From NCBI GenBank assembly GCA_036004405.1, contig DASYRM010000061.1, positions 1,053-65,052 on the forward strand: a stretch of 64,000 nt of DNA, in the 5' to 3' direction. Shown piece after piece: positions 36,569-45,518 of the stretch (positions are counted from its first letter, which is position 1; each line of letters starts with the position of its first letter). A model generated the notes under the pieces. The model was not told the DNA's origin and ran no database searches. It worked only from the letters and a program-made list of their open reading frames with translations. The DNA comes from Vicinamibacterales bacterium (GTDB taxonomy: Bacteria; Acidobacteriota; Vicinamibacteria; Vicinamibacterales; UBA2999). Made by a program: the position numbers and the translations under genes.

Positions 36569-37806
36569 GAGGCCGGCTCGATCTTGAGCAGTGCGCCGTT
36601 CGGCTCGTCGGTCAGCACATAGAGCAGGCCGTCGGGACCCTGGCGGACGTCGCGGATGCGCTGCTTCAGCTCCGCGATGATCGGCTCCCGCTGGATGGGG
36701 CGCCCCTTGTTGAAGGTGATGCGCACCAGGTGGCCGGTGGCGCGCGTGCGCCCGGCGAACATCGACCCCACGAAGACATTGCCCTTCCACTGGGGAAAGC
36801 GGTCGCCGGTGTAGAAGGTGATGCCCGAGATGGCAATCGACGGCACCCAGTACATGAACGGCGACTCGAGATCGGGGCGCGTCGTGAGGTCGCTGATCTT
36901 GGTGCCGTCGTAGTCGGTGCCGTACGTCACGAGCGGCCAGCCGTAGTTGGCGCCCGGCTCGAGGATGTTGAGCTCGTCGCCCCCGAGCGGTCCGTGTTCG
37001 TTCTCCCACAGCTCGCCTGTCTCGGGATTGAGCGCCAGCCCCTGCGGGCTGCGATGGCCGGTGGTGTAAATCTCCGGCAGATAACCCGGCTTGCCGGCGA
37101 ACGGGTTGTCGGGCGGTGTGGTGCCGTCGTCGCGCAGCCGCAGCACCTTGCCGGCGTGCTCCTCCGGCTTCTGCGCTCGGTCCTGCTCTTGCCGTTCACC
37201 CACCGTCAGATAGAGGAACCCGGCACGATCGAAGGCGATCCGCCCCCCGTAGTTCGTGTTCGAGACGCTCCAGGTATTCGCCACGAAGATGTCCTTCACG
37301 CCGACGAGCGCCTTGCCGTCGAACGTGCCGCGCGCGAGCGCCGTGGTGGAGCGCTTGTCCTCGGCGCGCCCCTTCGAATACGTCAGATACACCACGCGGT
37401 TCTCGGCAAAGCGCGGGTGCAGTGCGATCTCGAGCAGCCCGGAGAGCGCGGCGACGTGCGGCACGGGCACCCCCGCGATCGGCGTCGGATCGAGTACGCC
37501 GTTGTGCACGAGGCGCAGGCGTCCGGCCCGCTCCGTCACCAGCATGTCGCCGTTCGGCAGGAACGCCAGGCTCCACGGGTTCACGAGCCCCGTGGCCACC
37601 GCCGACACGCGGATCTTCTGCACCGCCGTGTCGAAGACCTGCGGCAGGGCCGGCATCGCCGGCGAGTTGCGCAGGGCCGCCGGTGTCACCGGCCCCGGTT
37701 GTTGCGCGACAACCGTTGCTGCGAGCAAGCCAGCTGCCGCGCAACCGAGGATCGTTCTCCCCACCCGACCTACCTGACCCACCTGACTTATCTGACCTCT
37801 CCTCAT
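36565..37806 (-). CDS. PQQ-dependent sugar (glucose/sorbosone, YliI-like) dehydrogenase
   Basis: PWSLAFLP, VTERAG, GHRSPQG, EHGPLGGDELN, NYGWP, RIRDVRQGPDG. Confidence 0.9.
   Translation of the reverse strand: MRRGQISQVGQVGRVGRTILGCAAAGLLAATVVAQQPGPVTPAALRNSPAMPALPQVFDTAVQKIRVSAVATGLVNPWSLAFLPNGDMLVTERAGRLRLVHNGVLDPTPIAGVPVPHVAALSGLLEIALHPRFAENRVVYLTYSKGRAEDKRSTTALARGTFDGKALVGVKDIFVANTWSVSNTNYGGRIAFDRAGFLYLTVGERQEQDRAQKPEEHAGKVLRLRDDGTTPPDNPFAGKPGYLPEIYTTGHRSPQGLALNPETGELWENEHGPLGGDELNILEPGANYGWPLVTYGTDYDGTKISDLTTRPDLESPFMYWVPSIAISGITFYTGDRFPQWKGNVFVGSMFAGRTRATGHLVRITFNKGRPIQREPIIAELKQRIRDVRQGPDGLLYVLTDEPNGALLKIEPAS
37754..37800. repeat. Degenerate 9-bp tandem repeat inside a gene 5' end
   Basis: cccacccga cctacctga cccacctga cttatctga, encoding QISQVGQVGRVG. 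Confidence 0.7.
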
Positions 37807-39491
37807 TTCTCTGGCACCGCGAACGCAATCATCGTGTTTCCAGACTCGATCAGCACGTACTGCCGGCCGTCGAGCATGTAGCTGTTGGCCGCCGCGCCCC
37901 AGATGGGCGAGCCGGTGCGATACGACCACAGCTTCTTGCCGCTCCGGCCTTCGAACGCATTGAAGTTGCCTTCGTTGTCGCCCGCGAATACGAGACCGGA
38001 CGCCGTGGACATCACGCCCGCCAGCGACGACGTCGGGAATCGGTGCTCCCACTTGATGTCGCCGGTCTTGGGATCGATGGCCCGCAGCGCGCTGAAATCG
38101 GGCTCGGCGAGCTTGCGCATGCCGCCGCTCATGAAATTGCGGCCGAGCGTGACCTCCATCTTCTGCGGGGTGTAGTAGGCGCAGGTTTCGCGGGCCATGA
38201 CGAAGAACAGCTGCAGCGCCGGATCGTACGACGGCGGGTTGAAGACGGTGCCGCCGCGGAAGTCGGGTATACACGGCGTGGTGGCGTCGGAGCCGCCGTC
38301 GGGGATCACGCCGTCGTTGAGAACGACGGGGCCGTCCTTGCCGACCTCGCGCGCCCACTTGGTGGCGGTGTACGGCTTGGCCACGAGCAGCTCGCCGGTC
38401 GTGCGATCGAGCGTGTAGAAGAAGCTGTTGCGATTGGCCACCATGACCACCTTGCGCGGCCGGCCGCCGATCGTGACGTCGGCCAGCACCGGCACGTGGT
38501 TGGAATCCCAGTCGTGGAGGTCGTGCGGCGTGAACTGGTAGTGCCACTTGAGGCGGCCGGTGTCGGCGTCGAGCGCCACGAGCGACGCGGTAAAGAGATT
38601 GTTGCCCTTGCGATCGCCGCCGTAGTAGTCGGGGTTGGGGTTGCCGGTGCCCCAGTAGATCAGATTGAGCTCGGGATCGTAGCTGCCGGTCACCCACGCC
38701 GCGCCGCCGCCGCGCGGCAGCACATCGGAATCCGACCACGTTTCGCTGCCCGGCTCGCCCGGCGCTGGAATGGTGTAGAAGCGCCAGAGGCGCCCGCCCG
38801 TGCGCGGGTCGTAGGCGTCGATGAAGCCGCGGGTCGGAAAATCGCCACCGGAATTGCCGACGATGATCTTGTCGCGGACGACGAGCGGCGCCGCAATGAG
38901 CGCGTGGCCGCTCTTGTAATCGTCCACCACGACGTCCCACGCCACGCGCCCCGTGTTGCGATCGAACGCCAGGAGGTGGCCGTCGAGCGTGGACATGAAC
39001 AGGCGATCGCCCAGTGCCGCGAAGCCGCGGTTCGAGGGGTTGCCGGCGCCGTAGGTGAGCCCCGGCGGCAGCGGCCGGCGGTAGCGCCAGATGTGGCGGC
39101 CGCTGCGCGCGTCCACCGCCCAGGCCACGTTGTTGTTGCCGGTGATGTACAGCACGCCGTCCATCACGAGCGGCGTCGACTCGAAGCCGCGGCCGATCAC
39201 CATCCCCTCGGCCTGGAAGGTCCACTGCGCCGCCAGGCGGTGGGCGTTCTCCATCGTGATCTGCTTGAGCGGGCTGTGGCGGCGCCCGCTGTAGTCGCCG
39301 GAATAGGTGAGCCACCGGCCCGGATGCTTGAGACCGTCGAGCAGGTCCTGGGTGGTGACGAGCGGCAGGACCGGCGGCGGCAGCGGCGGCAGCCCCGCCG
39401 GCGGGGGCGGTGCTTCCTGTCCGGCCGCAAGCACGGCCACCGAGGCAAGGGTAACGGCCGCCGTGAGGGCGCGCGCGCGAATCCGGTTCAT
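37803..39491 (-). CDS. PQQ-dependent alcohol dehydrogenase-family protein
   Basis: WLTYSGDYSG.RHSPL, ESTPLV, NRG, WGTGNP, HYQFTPHDLHDWD, SYDP; no vicinal CC. Confidence 0.92.
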   Translation of the reverse strand: MNRIRARALTAAVTLASVAVLAAGQEAPPPPAGLPPLPPPVLPLVTTQDLLDGLKHPGRWLTYSGDYSGRRHSPLKQITMENAHRLAAQWTFQAEGMVIGRGFESTPLVMDGVLYITGNNNVAWAVDARSGRHIWRYRRPLPPGLTYGAGNPSNRGFAALGDRLFMSTLDGHLLAFDRNTGRVAWDVVVDDYKSGHALIAAPLVVRDKIIVGNSGGDFPTRGFIDAYDPRTGGRLWRFYTIPAPGEPGSETWSDSDVLPRGGGAAWVTGSYDPELNLIYWGTGNPNPDYYGGDRKGNNLFTASLVALDADTGRLKWHYQFTPHDLHDWDSNHVPVLADVTIGGRPRKVVMVANRNSFFYTLDRTTGELLVAKPYTATKWAREVGKDGPVVLNDGVIPDGGSDATTPCIPDFRGGTVFNPPSYDPALQLFFVMARETCAYYTPQKMEVTLGRNFMSGGMRKLAEPDFSALRAIDPKTGDIKWEHRFPTSSLAGVMSTASGLVFAGDNEGNFNAFEGRSGKKLWSYRTGSPIWGAAANSYMLDGRQYVLIESGNTMIAFAVPEK

Positions 39492-39931
39492 CGAGATGCT
39501 GACTCCTTTGTCACGAGAATCTTCCGCAGGGCATCCGGCTCGCCAGGGAGCTCCGACGGGCCCGCAGGGCTGCCGTTGCTCTTCAGCAGGTAGCTGACGA
39601 TGTCCACGTAGGCGGGCAGGCCCAGGCTGTCGGGCGCCTCCTGCGGCATCGACTGCTTGATCACCTGCACCATGTCGAACACGGTGGACCCGGTCCAGCG
39701 ATCGAGAAACGCCTGCCCCACCAGCGCCGGCCCCTGCGCGCCGAGCAGATCCTCGGCATGGCAGGCCGCACAGGCCGTGCGGTAGCGCCCCTGCCCGCGC
39801 GTGGCCTGCGCCTCGGTGAACGCGCCGTCCCAGATGGACTTGGCGGGCGCAGCTCCTTGCGCGCCAGCCGCGACGAGCCCCACTGCTGAGAGCAGCAATA
39901 CTGCGGCTGCGATAACCAGCGTTCTCCCCAC
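39488..39931 (-). CDS. Small c-type cytochrome
   Basis: QATRG..Y, CAACH, GPAL, MP, NGSPAG..EL; start lies within the repeat (39931 or 39958). Confidence 0.88.
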   Translation of the reverse strand: MGRTLVIAAAVLLLSAVGLVAAGAQGAAPAKSIWDGAFTEAQATRGQGRYRTACAACHAEDLLGAQGPALVGQAFLDRWTGSTVFDMVQVIKQSMPQEAPDSLGLPAYVDIVSYLLKSNGSPAGPSELPGEPDALRKILVTKESASR

Positions 39932-39987
39932 TCTGCCTACTCTGCCCACTCTGCCCACTCTGCCTACTCTGCCTACTCTGCCTACTC
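39927..39987. repeat. 9-bp tandem repeat CCYACTCTG x6 plus a partial copy
   Basis: Directly visible; spans the MBL stop and the cytochrome start (GRV repeats). Confidence 0.9.
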
Positions 39988-41034
39988 GGTGCCGCTCCTC
40001 GATTCACCGGAGGGCGGCGGCGCGTGCGGTTGCGGCCGCGCGTACGACTTGGCAAATCCGTTCCGGCCGTTGGTGACGCGGAAGCTGCCGTCGTCTTGCG
40101 CGCTCAAGTGAATCCAGTTGCCGTCGGCGGTGTTGTCGAAGTTGGCGACGAAGTCGTCGGCGGCGTTGGGTGCTACGCGCGAGGCGTGCAGCTGCCAGAG
40201 GTTCTCGAGGTCTGGCAGGGCGTGCAGCGTACGGAAGGCGTCGGGGGACCCGCCCTTGGCGGCACTGCTGTTCAGCACCGCGACGCGCGGCCGCAGCGCC
40301 TCGTAGAGCGCGGCGACGTTCGAGTCGTAGTCGCCGTGATGCGCAACCAGGTATACGGACACCGGGCCCAGCCGGTTGGTGGGGCAGACGATGCGGGTCA
40401 GGGTGTTGCCGCTCAGATCGCCAAGGGCCAGAAAGCGGAAGGCGCCGAGCTCGAACATGACGCCGACGCTGCGGTAGTTCTCGGTGCCGTCCTCGGGCTG
40501 ATCTTCGGCACGCGCGCAGGACGCGACGGCCTCCCCGCCTCCGGCGAGGGGCTGCTCGATCAGCTCGCCGCCGGCGCTGACGACGTCGGCCCGCATGCCC
40601 ATCAGCGGCAGCCGGTCGCCGGGCTTGACCTGCAGCGCGTCGTGCGCGTCGCGCACCGGTTTGTAGGCGCGGATGGCGTTGGTGGCCATGCGGTCGGTGC
40701 CGAGCGGTTCACCGTAGTCGACGAACGTGCCGATGCGCACTTTCTCGGCCAGCTCGGGCAGCCCGCCAACGTGGTCGTTGTGGAGATGCGTGGCGACGAA
40801 GTAGTCGAGATGGTCCACGCCGGCGTCGCGCATCGCCGCCATGATGCGTCCCGGGTCGCGCCCTTCGCGCTGCCCGTACCCGGCATCGATCAGGATCGAC
40901 TCGCCCGCCGGCGTAACCAGCAGCGTGGAGGAGCCGCCCTCGACGTCGATGAAATAGATTTCGAGGGAGCGTCCGGCCGCCGCCGCGACGGCACCCAGCC
41001 CCATTAGAACAGCCGCCATCAGCAGGCGTTTCAC
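39982..41034 (-). CDS. Secreted MBL-fold (ComEC-like) metallo-hydrolase
   Basis: YFIDVEGG, LIDAG, THLHNDHVGG, GDL, HHG; GTG start VKRLLMAAVL. Confidence 0.88.
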   Translation of the reverse strand: MKRLLMAAVLMGLGAVAAAAGRSLEIYFIDVEGGSSTLLVTPAGESILIDAGYGQREGRDPGRIMAAMRDAGVDHLDYFVATHLHNDHVGGLPELAEKVRIGTFVDYGEPLGTDRMATNAIRAYKPVRDAHDALQVKPGDRLPLMGMRADVVSAGGELIEQPLAGGGEAVASCARAEDQPEDGTENYRSVGVMFELGAFRFLALGDLSGNTLTRIVCPTNRLGPVSVYLVAHHGDYDSNVAALYEALRPRVAVLNSSAAKGGSPDAFRTLHALPDLENLWQLHASRVAPNAADDFVANFDNTADGNWIHLSAQDDGSFRVTNGRNGFAKSYARPQPHAPPPSGESRSGTE

Positions 41035-41043
41035 TGCGTGGCG

Positions 41044-41051
41044 AGTATACT
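41044..41051. promoter_or_regulatory. Palindromic AGTATACT giving a TATACT -10 box on both strands
   Basis: Between divergent MBL and MmcQ genes; 9 nt from GTG 41034. Confidence 0.55.
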
Positions 41052-41128
41052 TGCGCCGCCTTTCGCCGGTCCCTCGCCCGATCGGGGGAGCCGATTGGGC
41101 AGAGCGGGTGGAATGGCACCTGGCCAGA

Positions 41129-41512
41129 GTGGGCGGAGTGGGCAGAGCAGACGGAGCAGGTAGAACCGCTTCCCGGGCGCTCCAGCGCGTGCGCGGCCTG
41201 TGCCTGGCGCTGCCAGAGGCGCACGAAGCGCTGGCGTGGGGACACCCGGTGTTCAAGGCCGGCACCAAGACGTTCGCCGCCGTCGAGCACGTCAAGGGCC
41301 GCCCGTCGGTGGCGTTCCGGCTCGAGCCGGTGGACGTGGATCTGCTGCTCAAGCGGAAGCCTTTCTTCGCCACGCCGTACGGCCGCGGGCTGTGGGTCAG
41401 CGCCTGGGCCGACGGGCCGCTCGACTGGCCGCTCATCGGCAGCCTGGTCGAGCGGAGCTATCGCGTCGTGGCCTTGAAACGGATGCTGAAGGCGCTCGAC
41501 GGGACACAATAG
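41129..41512 (+). CDS. MmcQ/YjbR family protein
   Basis: CLALPEA.E..WGHPVFKAG.K.FA, PY..GLWV, W..I..LVERSYR; start uncertain because the 5' region has 9-bp repeats. Confidence 0.85.
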   Translation: MGGVGRADGAGRTASRALQRVRGLCLALPEAHEALAWGHPVFKAGTKTFAAVEHVKGRPSVAFRLEPVDVDLLLKRKPFFATPYGRGLWVSAWADGPLDWPLIGSLVERSYRVVALKRMLKALDGTQ

Positions 41513-41522
41513 GATGGCACAC

Positions 41523-42866
41523 ATGAAAACATCCCCTCGTCTCGTGCGTTCACATTGGTGGTTCGCATCGCTCGCCGCCGTCATGGTGACGGCCGCGGTG
41601 CCGCTGGCACAGGCGCCGGCCGCGCGCCCCGCCGCAGTCACCGCGACACGCTCGGGGTTCTCGGTCGAACGGCTGAAGCGCGTCGATGCGCTGTTGCAGC
41701 GCTACGTGGACGAGAAGCGGCTCGCGGGCATGGTGGCGCTGGTCTTGCGCGACGGACAGCCGGTGTACGAGCGCGCCGTCGGGTGGAGCGACAAGGAAGC
41801 CGACCGGAAGATGTCGACGGACACGATCTTCCGGATCGCGTCGCAGACCAAGGCGCTCACCAGCACCACGGTGCTGCAGCTCATGGAAGAAGGGCGCCTC
41901 GGCCTGACGGATCCGGTCAGCAGGTTCATTCCCGCGTTCGCGTCGACCACCGTCTCGGTGGCCGGCCCCAACGGGCCTGCGATCGTGCCGGCCAAGCGAG
42001 CCATCACGATCAGGGATCTCCTGACCCACACCGCGGGCATCTCCTACGGAACCGAGCCGCGACTCGCCTCGGCGTACGAAGCCAAAGGTCTGGGGCCGGC
42101 GGCCGGCCGCGGCTGGTATTTCGCCGACAAGGACGACGGGGTGTGCCCCAGCATCGAACGGCTCGCCACGCTGCCGTTTCTCGCGCAGCCGGGTGAGGAA
42201 TGGGTGTACGGCTACAACACCGACATCCTCGGCTGCGTGGTGGAGCGCGTCACGGGCCAGTCGCTCGAGAGCGTGATCAAGAGCCGCATCACCGGGCCGC
42301 TCGGGCTCGCCGACACACAGTTCTTCCTGCCGGCGGCGCAGCGGACGCGGCTGGCCGCCCTCTATGGCAGCGGGCCCGACGGCACCATCGTGCGCGCGCC
42401 CGAGGGCGCCTCAGGCCAGGGGCACTACGTGGACGGCCCGCGCCGCAGCTTCTCGGGCGGCGCCGGCCTGCTGTCCACCGCGCGCGACTACGCGCGCTTT
42501 CTCGAGACGATGCGTCTGGGCGGCGCCATCGACGGCGTGCGCATCCTGTCGCCGCGCGCCGTGCAGCTGATGACCACCAACCAGGTGGGGACGCTGCATT
42601 CGGCCACCGGCCTCGGCTTCGGCCTCGGCTTCGAGACGACCGATCGCTACGGCGCCAACGGGATGGACGGGATCGGCTCGTTCGGCTGGGGCGGTGCCTA
42701 CGGGTCGATGTACCGCGTGGACCCGGAGGCCCGCCTCGTCATCGTGCTGATGATCCAGCTCCTGCCCAACACGTCCGATATCCGGACCACGTTCCCGACC
42801 GCGGTCTATCAGGCCCTGGTCGATCCGGCCGCGCGGGCAGTGCCGAAGGCCGCTGGAACGAATTAG
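41523..42866 (+). CDS. Serine hydrolase, beta-lactamase class C-like
   Basis: FRIASQTK (SxxK), LLTHTAG, PGEEWVYG, FGWGG. Confidence 0.92.
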   Translation: MKTSPRLVRSHWWFASLAAVMVTAAVPLAQAPAARPAAVTATRSGFSVERLKRVDALLQRYVDEKRLAGMVALVLRDGQPVYERAVGWSDKEADRKMSTDTIFRIASQTKALTSTTVLQLMEEGRLGLTDPVSRFIPAFASTTVSVAGPNGPAIVPAKRAITIRDLLTHTAGISYGTEPRLASAYEAKGLGPAAGRGWYFADKDDGVCPSIERLATLPFLAQPGEEWVYGYNTDILGCVVERVTGQSLESVIKSRITGPLGLADTQFFLPAAQRTRLAALYGSGPDGTIVRAPEGASGQGHYVDGPRRSFSGGAGLLSTARDYARFLETMRLGGAIDGVRILSPRAVQLMTTNQVGTLHSATGLGFGLGFETTDRYGANGMDGIGSFGWGGAYGSMYRVDPEARLVIVLMIQLLPNTSDIRTTFPTAVYQALVDPAARAVPKAAGTN

Positions 42867-42878
42867 GAGGAAGGCGTT

Positions 42879-43280
42879 TTGAACAAAGTGGTGGCGCGGT
42901 TCCGTGACGGACAGATGGTCAAGGGCTCGACGAGCGACTTCGTGCCGGCCAAGGAGTTCTTCCACGTCGCGCCGGCCGACGCCCCGAAAGGCACCAAGCC
43001 GACGCTGGTGCACGTCAAGGACCTGAAGGCGATCTTCTTCGTGAAGGACTTCGTGGGGCGGCCCGACTACACGCCCAAGAATGAGTTCGAGGGCGACAAG
43101 ACGCCGTCGGGCCGGAAGATCAAGGTCGTGTTCGCGGACGGCGAAGTGATTGTCGGCACGACCCAGGGCTATCAGCCCGGTCGTGCCGGCTTCTTCATGG
43201 TGCCGGCCGATCAGGCCGGCAACAACATCGAGCGCTGCTACGTGGTCTCGGCCGCGACGAGCGAGATCACGCTGCTGTAA
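42879..43280 (+). CDS. DUF6982-like hypothetical protein
   Basis: SD AGGAGG + TTG; duplicated V.F.DG..V.G.T motif; LKAIFFVKDF. Confidence 0.75.
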   Translation: MNKVVARFRDGQMVKGSTSDFVPAKEFFHVAPADAPKGTKPTLVHVKDLKAIFFVKDFVGRPDYTPKNEFEGDKTPSGRKIKVVFADGEVIVGTTQGYQPGRAGFFMVPADQAGNNIERCYVVSAATSEITLL

Positions 43281-43292
43281 AACCCGCGGCCG

Positions 43293-44687
43293 TCAGAAGA
43301 CGACGGTCGCGGTGTTCGAGCAGGTGGACGTGCCGGCCGCGCACACCTTGTAGGTGTAGGTGGCGCTGCCCTTCTTGTTGATCGCGTCGGTTTCGGTGCC
43401 GTCGTTCGGCGTCGTCCACTTGGTGGAGTTGCGGTAGACGTCGAGCGACGTGCCGCTGAGGCCGTTCCAGGACAGATCCACCGCCTGCAGTCCTCGGTTC
43501 TTGCGGCCTCTCGCCGTGAGCGTGCCGCCGGTCGACGGCGCGTTGACGGTGACGGTGATCTGGCGCACCGTGGTCAGACCGCCGCTGTCGGTGACCGCGG
43601 CCTTGATCGTGTGGCTGCCCGCGGTCAGCACCTTGGTGAACGAACCGCCGGTGCCAATCGCGCCGTCGATGTTCGACGTCCACGCCAGGGCCGCCGTCAG
43701 CGAGCCGTCCTGGGTGTCGGTGGCCGAACCCGAGAACGACACGGCCGTACCGCTGGCGTAGCTGGCGCCGCTGGCCGGGCTCGAGATGGTGACCGACGGG
43801 GCCGCGTTGCTCGACGCCACCGTCACCGTCACCTGCCTCACGGTGGTGAGACCGCCGCTGTCCACGGCCGTCGCCTTGACTGTGTGGGTGCCGGGCGACA
43901 GCACGCGGCTGAACGCGCCTCCGAGGCCGATGGCGCCGTCGATGTTCGACGTCCACGCCAGCGCCGACGTCAGCGAGCCGTCCTGCGCGTCGCTGGCCGA
44001 GCCGCTGAACGACACCGAAGCACCGGTCGCATAGCTCGAGTTGTTGGCCGGCGTGGCGATGGTCACCGAAGGCGCCGTGTTGGACACCGTCGGGTAGAGC
44101 GCCTTGGCGCCGTTGATGTCGTCGGCCGCCAGGGTTCGGAACGCCTGCGAGCAGTAGCTGTAGCTCGGATACATCGTGGCGTCGGTGCTCGTCGAGTGGT
44201 TCAACCCGAGCGCGTGCCCCAGCTCGTGCGCCGCGATATCCTCGATGTAGGCCGCGTTCGACACGACGCCGCACCCCGAGGTACCGGTGAAGAAGTTGAA
44301 CCCGCCATCCCAGAAGATGATGTCGCTGTCGAGCAGCTCGTTGCTGCTCGACCACCACGAATATGTGGTGGCAATCGTCGAGCCGTTGCTGACGTTGCGG
44401 AAGAAGATGACGTTCCGGTTGTCGTACGCCGTCGCCGTGTCAGAGGCGGCGCCGCCGTACTGATAGCGGAACGAGGTGCCCGACTGCGTGTTCCACACGT
44501 CCATGCCCGCCTGCAGCGCCGCGACGGCGGCGGACTGACTGACGTCGGCGTTGACGGGGTTCACGTAGAAGGTCACGGGGCTCGACGCCCAGTGCGCGTA
44601 GGACGAGTAGGCGCCGACGGTGCTGTGGAGCGCGGCGGCGCCGGCGATAGCGACTGCGACAGCCGCGATGGTACGAACGGCGCGCAT
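43293..44687 (-). CDS. Secreted matrixin-family zinc metalloprotease with two Ig-like repeats
   Basis: HELGHALGLNH, ATMYP Met-turn, DDING; no evident propeptide. Confidence 0.9.
   Translation of the reverse strand: MRAVRTIAAVAVAIAGAAALHSTVGAYSSYAHWASSPVTFYVNPVNADVSQSAAVAALQAGMDVWNTQSGTSFRYQYGGAASDTATAYDNRNVIFFRNVSNGSTIATTYSWWSSSNELLDSDIIFWDGGFNFFTGTSGCGVVSNAAYIEDIAAHELGHALGLNHSTSTDATMYPSYSYCSQAFRTLAADDINGAKALYPTVSNTAPSVTIATPANNSSYATGASVSFSGSASDAQDGSLTSALAWTSNIDGAIGLGGAFSRVLSPGTHTVKATAVDSGGLTTVRQVTVTVASSNAAPSVTISSPASGASYASGTAVSFSGSATDTQDGSLTAALAWTSNIDGAIGTGGSFTKVLTAGSHTIKAAVTDSGGLTTVRQITVTVNAPSTGGTLTARGRKNRGLQAVDLSWNGLSGTSLDVYRNSTKWTTPNDGTETDAINKKGSATYTYKVCAAGTSTCSNTATVVF
43545..44081 (-). 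repeat. Intragenic duplication (273-nt period) of an Ig-like domain
   Basis: N.APSVTI..P..SFSGSA.D.QDGSLT.ALAWTSNIDGAIG twice. Confidence 0.85.
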
Positions 44688-45166
44688 TAGCGGCCTCCCC
44701 TTGCGTTGGCGCCGCGCACGGCGTCTTTCACCTGTTCGAGCGTGAGGTTGCTGCCCTTGACCTTGTCGTCGTCATCGAGCTTGAGGATGCCGCGGCCACG
44801 TCCGTGCGGGACGTTCCCGAGGCCGTCCGCATCGAGGAAGAACACGGCGCGGTCGCCTTCCTTCAACTCCTGCATGTCCGACACGCGAAGGGTGAGATCT
44901 CCGACCGTGCCGCCTTCGACGGTGACGGTGGTCACGGCCTGCGGCGCGCCCTTCAGTGTCTCGAGCACTTCGAGCACCGCGTTGGAGACGATCAGCTGGT
45001 CGCCGAACCGGTTGGTGGCGAAGGTCGAATGCACCCCGGAGATGCGCGCCACGACCACCTTGCCGGCTCCGCGTGAGTGCGCCGCGAGATCGGTGGGCGG
45101 CCCCACTTCGGCGCGCACCGTGGACGCCGAGACACACACCAAGGCAACTGCAAGCCAGCTTTTCAT
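44687..45166 (-). CDS. Secreted hypothetical protein, OB-fold/TIMP-NTR-like (inferred)
   Basis: Signal peptide; VVVARI..EVLETLKG..VEGGTVG..GDRAVFFL; stop overlaps matrixin ATG. Confidence 0.75.
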   Translation of the reverse strand: MKSWLAVALVCVSASTVRAEVGPPTDLAAHSRGAGKVVVARISGVHSTFATNRFGDQLIVSNAVLEVLETLKGAPQAVTTVTVEGGTVGDLTLRVSDMQELKEGDRAVFFLDADGLGNVPHGRGRGILKLDDDDKVKGSNLTLEQVKDAVRGANARGGR

Positions 45167-45197
45167 CGAGGAGACTCCTTCACTGGCACCAAATTGA

Positions 45198-45212
45198 GCA
45201 AAGCCAGCGCCA
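45198..45212 (-). promoter_or_regulatory. Putative sigma54 -24/-12 promoter
   Basis: TGGCGCTGGCTTTGC on the minus strand, 31 nt upstream of ATG 45166; inverted repeat CTGAC-N6-GTCAG at 45334-45349 further upstream. Confidence 0.65.
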
Positions 45213-45408
45213 CGCCGCTGGCCCCCCCTGGGGCGCGCCGTAAGGTGCTGAAGGGCCGTCGGTTGACGGAATCAGGACAGACGAGTTGTTAGGGAGATCT
45301 CCGGGGGAATCCGCTTACAGGGGCGGCGGTAAACTGACGAACCTGTCAGCGCCGGTGACGGCGTACCGCCAGGGGATTGCCGTGAAGAGACGGCGAGATC
45401 TGTGCGCC

Positions 45409-45450
45409 GCAGGGGCCGCCTTCACCGTAGGGGCCGCCTTCAGGCGGCCC
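45409..45450 (+). repeat. GTAG REP (full copy 45427-45450) preceded by a half copy
   Basis: gcaggggccgccttca cc GTAGGGGCCGCCTTCAGGCGGCCC. Confidence 0.85.
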
Positions 45451-45518
45451 GTCCTGAGTGCCTCAATCGCGAACCGGCGTCAAGCCGGTTTGCCAGATAC
45501 TGCGCGCAACCCGCGCCT

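Noticed and set aside
36565-39315. 916-aa ORF suggesting a giant fused dehydrogenase
   Set aside because: Upstream part is an off-frame read of the PQQ-ADH gene; the true start is 37806 (ATGA overlap)
39927-39987. Tandem array as CRISPR or phase-variation tract
   Set aside because: No spacers; the 9-bp unit keeps frame so it cannot switch genes on or off by frameshift
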